A stretch of DNA of 63,230 nucleotides, filler included, from Chlamydiia bacterium (GTDB lineage Bacteria > Chlamydiota > Chlamydiia > Chlamydiales > FEN-1388), in NCBI GenBank assembly GCA_903848235.1. It is 10 parts of 10 records of this genome, joined end to end, with 100 filler letters (N's around TTAATTAATTAA, not from the genome) between each part and the next. Parts side by side here need not be neighbours in the genome. Positions count along the whole stretch, not along the records: positions 58,106 to 60,642 come from CAINFV010000262.1; positions 60,743 to 63,230 come from CAINFV010000263.1; 8 more parts are not named here. One strand, given 5' to 3'. A program made the translations under genes and the position numbers. Of the stretch, positions 59,428 through 63,230 are shown in pieces. A model generated the notes under the pieces. It ran no database searches. It had not been told where the DNA came from and saw only the letters and a program-made list of their open reading frames with translations. How positions within the stretch are numbered: position 1 is the stretch's first letter; the number at the start of each line of letters is the position of its first letter.

Positions 59428-59920
59428 CTATAATAAATTTTCCTTAGAATCTATGATGCAATCCACTATCATCTTTCCAGCCTGGCCAGCTCCGAACGGA
59501 TTCCTCCACTCGTTCTCCTGCGTCATCATCTTTCTTGCCCCGTCCAGAATGTTCCCCGCCCGCAGGCCCGCGAGAGTGTTGGATCCTACGGCTACAGTCT
59601 CCGGCCTCTCCGTGTTCCCTTGCAGCGTCACGCCAAAGCTCCCGGAAGGCACGTCTCTCCCCGGGCCCCGGCCCGAGTCCGTCAGCGCTAGCCTGGCATT
59701 TGCCTCCAATTGCAGAAACTCCAGGAATCCTAGCGGCTCAATGGCCCTGATGCCGTCAAACTCAAACCCAAATTCGGCAGCCGTCTTCCTCTTGCGTGGA
59801 TGCACATGGAACACCATAGATAATCGGAAATGTGATCCGCCACCGCCTGGTTGATCTCCTCGGGCATGCTGCGATCGCACTTTGATGATCTCGGGCCGGG
59901 TGCCCTGGATTATGGCATTG
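59428..59920 (-). pseudogene. wecB: internally deleted, frameshifted UDP-GlcNAc 2-epimerase
   Basis: GTRPEIIK N-terminus out of frame with LTDSG, TERPE and NPFG.G.AG C-terminal motifs; far shorter than the intact enzyme. Confidence 0.8.
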
Positions 59921-59941
59921 TGAATTTGAGCGTGCTTATTG

Positions 59942-60480
59942 TAACCAGGGGTTTACGAACGCCCACCACAGCAGACACGAGAAGCGCGCGGAGAACGCAC
60001 AGAGAAAAAAAATGAAAATTAAAAGTTGGGCTAGCACATATGCTCTTTTTAGGGTGGAATTATAGATATGACGATCATAACCACAGGTTTACGGACAGCC
60101 ACCACCGCAGACACGAGCGCACAAAGGAAATCTAGGATAAATTTTAAGTCTAAAAATTTTATTATTATTTTTTTAGTCTCTGTGCGTTCTCTGTGGTGAA
60201 AGTCGTAAGCCGTAGGGATTAATCCACATGATCGATGATTTAACCAAGGGTTTTACGAGAATAAAACCGCAGAGTCGCAGAGCGCACAGAGGACGAACGA
60301 CGGAGACGACTATTACTCAGAAGCAAATATGCCGTTACGTTTCAAGTGCTGATAATAAGGAAAATGGCACGTCTCTGCGAACTCTGCGGTTAATAATAGT
60401 AGCATAATAATTAAGACTCAGTAATCGTATCTGTGCATTCTCTGTGAGCTTTGTGTGCTCTGTGGTGAAAGCTGTAAACC
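59942..60480. repeat. three tandem CACAGAG-type elements
   Basis: TAACCA(G/C/A)..G(T)TTTACG starts at 59942, 60078 and 60241. Confidence 0.75.
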
Positions 60481-60527
60481 CATAGTATTCTGCAAAGGCG
60501 GAAGGAAACAGAGCCATGCAATTTCTA

Positions 60528-60641
60528 TCAGATTATTCCTTTTTCTCTCAGAGCGGCTTTTACCTCGGCCATATCGTTCTTCAATTCGACGATATCATTT
60601 TCCAGTACCCTGTCGAACTTCCCGTTTATATCCCTGACCTC
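60528..60641 (-). CDS. C-terminal coiled-coil tail of a truncated gene (resembles Methanosarcinales extended acylphosphatases)
   Basis: EVRDINGKFDRVLENDIVELKNDMAEVKAALREKGII*; family call from memory only. Confidence 0.4.
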   Translation of the reverse strand, partial: EVRDINGKFDRVLENDIVELKNDMAEVKAALREKGII

Positions 60642-60743
60642 ANNNNNNNNNNNNNNNNNNNNNNNNNNNNNNNNNNNNNNNNNNNNTTAATTAATTAANN
60701 NNNNNNNNNNNNNNNNNNNNNNNNNNNNNNNNNNNNNNNNNNC

Positions 60744-63230
60744 AAAAAAGTCACTTCTCTCCTCACTCGATACGGGCTCAATACTCAACGGCTAGATAGT
60801 CTCCTTCGAGATAGTCTCGGTGTCATCTCCTATGATGACTACCTTATGGAACTCAAAGAACTAGGATTTAAGGTAAACAAAGACAAAAACACTCTCGAAG
60901 AAGTATCAGCGCAGGTGAGAAGCTCTTTTGCCATAAAACTTCACAAGGCATCTCTCCCCATTTCCACACAAAGGGACGCTGCTGATCGCCTCGAAGAGAA
61001 CCTAGCAACATACGAGAAATATCGTACCGACGTCATTGAGGTCAAAACCCGTTTTCGAGATATTGAACAACGGGCCATAGCTCTTCATCCAGAAGTAGTC
61101 TCTATCATGCGAGGCCCCCCTACACAACAAAAATGGGAGCAGCTGATCTCATGGTGCAATACGCACAGAATGACGCCCCTGCCAGTAGCTATTTCTGCCG
61201 AAAATCGAGTTGAGCTCCTCGAGCAAGTCGTAGCAACTCTTGATGCTGTTCACAGATCAACGCCGGCTGTTCACGAGGGCCATGAACCACTTTTTGATGC
61301 AGCCGCGTTACTTCGTACCATTGGGGCTGGGTGGGAATCAGAGAAGATCGAGATAATGCTTGTACCCCTCCAAAATCTCCAGAACGACTCTCTCCTACAA
61401 GCATTAACAGTTCTGTACACCATGCCACCTGAAAAAGTACGGCCATTTCATCCCCTTCTCACAGATCTCATCACTAACCTCGCCACAGGAAGTGTCAGGA
61501 CCCAGGCTGAAGTAGAGCGCATAGTAGGAGAGCTCATCTTCCTTATCGATTCCAACGTTGACGTTCACGATATTCCACAAGAGCTTTCAGCAGCATATGC
61601 ATGGGTCGAACGACAAGCGCGTCTTCAGATTCGTTCACGGCAGGAATCCCTTGAATCTGAAATCTCAGATCCTCGCATGCATCGCCTCTGTACTGAAGAA
61701 ATGCTTCGAGAGACTCGCCTTCCTCAACTACTTGCAGATCTGTTAATCACGAATGACGGCTATTGCAACACAGGACTATCCACCCTGGTCCGTGAAATAT
61801 TTCTCCCTAAAAAGGACGAGAGAACAGCTGCTCAGGAGCACCTGGCTTCTCACTTAAGCCTCCTCCGTTCGTCACCGGCTCTCAGAGCTAAGCTCTCTTC
61901 TGTTACAGCACCACCCCTCGCCTCACCGGGCTGCTCTCTTGTACGAATTTCTCTCGGACAGTCCCTCGAACACCGAGTAACGGCTGCCGATGCTCGTAAG
62001 GTGTGCCTTGGCGCTCTTTTTGCTTGGCATCGACAAGGCGCTCTTGGCGATTGCTTTGTCTCTTCCCAATATGAGTTTGCCGCCGACGAGGCCTCCTTGT
62101 GGATACTCGACGACTTCCGAGAACTTATCGAGCAAGGGTCTCTTACAAGGACTTTTGGGGGCAAGACATATACCATTGACGGCCTCCCATGGCAGGCTCT
62201 TTTTATCTCCATATCTACAATTCGACAAAAATCCAAAGAGCAGCTTCGTTTCCTGTATGAAGTGCCTCTCTTTCAACAAGCTCTGTCTGAACTAGGAACT
62301 GTGACGCAAAGCGCATGGGAGACACTTGTAGATCATCAGACGCCTCCTTTCGACGTACGTTCGATGTTCCTTCAGATTAACCCTGACATAGACGCCGTTC
62401 AAAGGGCGCTTTTATGCATTGAATCGCAAGGGCACAATCCTCTTCAGAGAATGTGGCAAAATGCCGCTGCCTCCATGCAGTATGTTGACACCCCAGGAAG
62501 AGAACTACCTAAAGCCCGAGGACTATTTGCAGCTGTACAAAACGCTTGTATCGAAATCGCACATGGAAGCACGCCTCAATCTCACGATATTCAAGAAAAA
62601 ACTCTCTCTGAATTGTGTGCCAAGCTGCGATATTGTGTCGTCTCTCAAAATCCAAGGAACCTCTCAGTGGTAACACATGAGGAGCTATCACTAATTCCTC
62701 TCTATCAAAAGTCAGAAAGTCAGTGGGTACGCCTGGGTAAAGAAGATCTAAAACATCTCTTGGGGCAGACCTTTGCTGCTATCTATCCAGACATTGCTAT
62801 GGATCATGAGAAAGAAGAGCTTCTGTTTCAGAAATACCTCGAACACCTCAAGACACAGGGTGTAATCGACGGAGTCTCTTCTGCGGATGTTGTTGGAGGA
62901 GTCCTTCTCCTCCAATTCAATGGGGGCAAAGCTTCGCAAGATATTTTTGAACGGCAACTGATTCCATGCTCATATACGCGCCTATCATCTTTCGACGTTC
63001 GGCCCTTGCTCGCATGGACACAGAAGCTTATGGAATCGAAGCCGCTTCCTTCACAGACCAGCTTCATAGTAAACGCATCGAGTCATCTCTTTCGATTGCT
63101 TCCCCTTCACAAAAGCCTTGTCGCCTGTGCCACGGATCCACAGGAAGCAATAGACCGACAGATTGACTTCGCTAACCATTTTCGAGATCAAACTCGACCA
63201 TTCAGTGACTGGATGCAGATATTGAAGCAA
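60744..63230 (+). CDS. fragment (829 codons, open at both ends) of a large protein paralogous to 30853-35079, with a calpain-like motif; not in ORF track
   Basis: Manual translation found no stop; HRQGALGDCF at 62028-62057, NPLQRMWQNA, SSHLFRLLP (His codon at 63084). Confidence 0.88.

Noticed and set aside
58330..60480. Repeated motifs considered as a CRISPR array
   Set aside because: Units are long, irregularly spaced and internally inverted; no constant repeat-spacer period and no cas genes
61189..63166. Short listed ORFs on the last contig
   Set aside because: Shadows of the single long + strand frame 60744-63230

Overview
The window is ten contig fragments of a draft or metagenome-assembled genome, joined by 100-bp artificial linkers (N44-TTAATTAATTAA-N44): 1-6153, 6254-11569, 11670-24987, 25088-29602, 29703-35130, 35231-49218, 49319-53595, 53696-58005, 58106-60642 and 60743-63230. 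Adjacency across linkers is not biological. Most contigs look like an environmental member of Chlamydiota: lpxB with N-terminal membrane (LAB_N-type) fusions, plastid-type glycerol-3-phosphate acyltransferase next to RNase G/E, eukaryote-like IleRS, chlamydial-type L32 and an aro cluster. It also carries a class III anaerobic ribonucleotide reductase. Three contigs look foreign and may be bin contaminants: a tRNA-Leu-targeted island of Dehalococcoidia type (25088-29602), an integron cassette array (49319-53595) and a Methanosarcinales-like toxin-antitoxin/repeat contig (58106-60642). Main observations: (1) two very large paralogous proteins with papain/calpain-like catalytic motifs, one absent from the ORF track and carrying a verbatim calpain QGALGDC; (2) a CheD/CNF1-like deamidase fragment and two effector-like kinases; (3) tandem GT11 fucosyltransferases with signal peptides and an altered donor-binding motif; (4) a serine integrase whose C-terminus is encoded by the antisense strand of its target tRNA; (5) an integrase-less RloA/RloB islet bounded by a 129-bp duplication, with rloB carrying a nonsense codon; (6) several families of palindromic MITE/REP-like repeats. 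All family assignments come from motif recognition by eye; no database searches were run.
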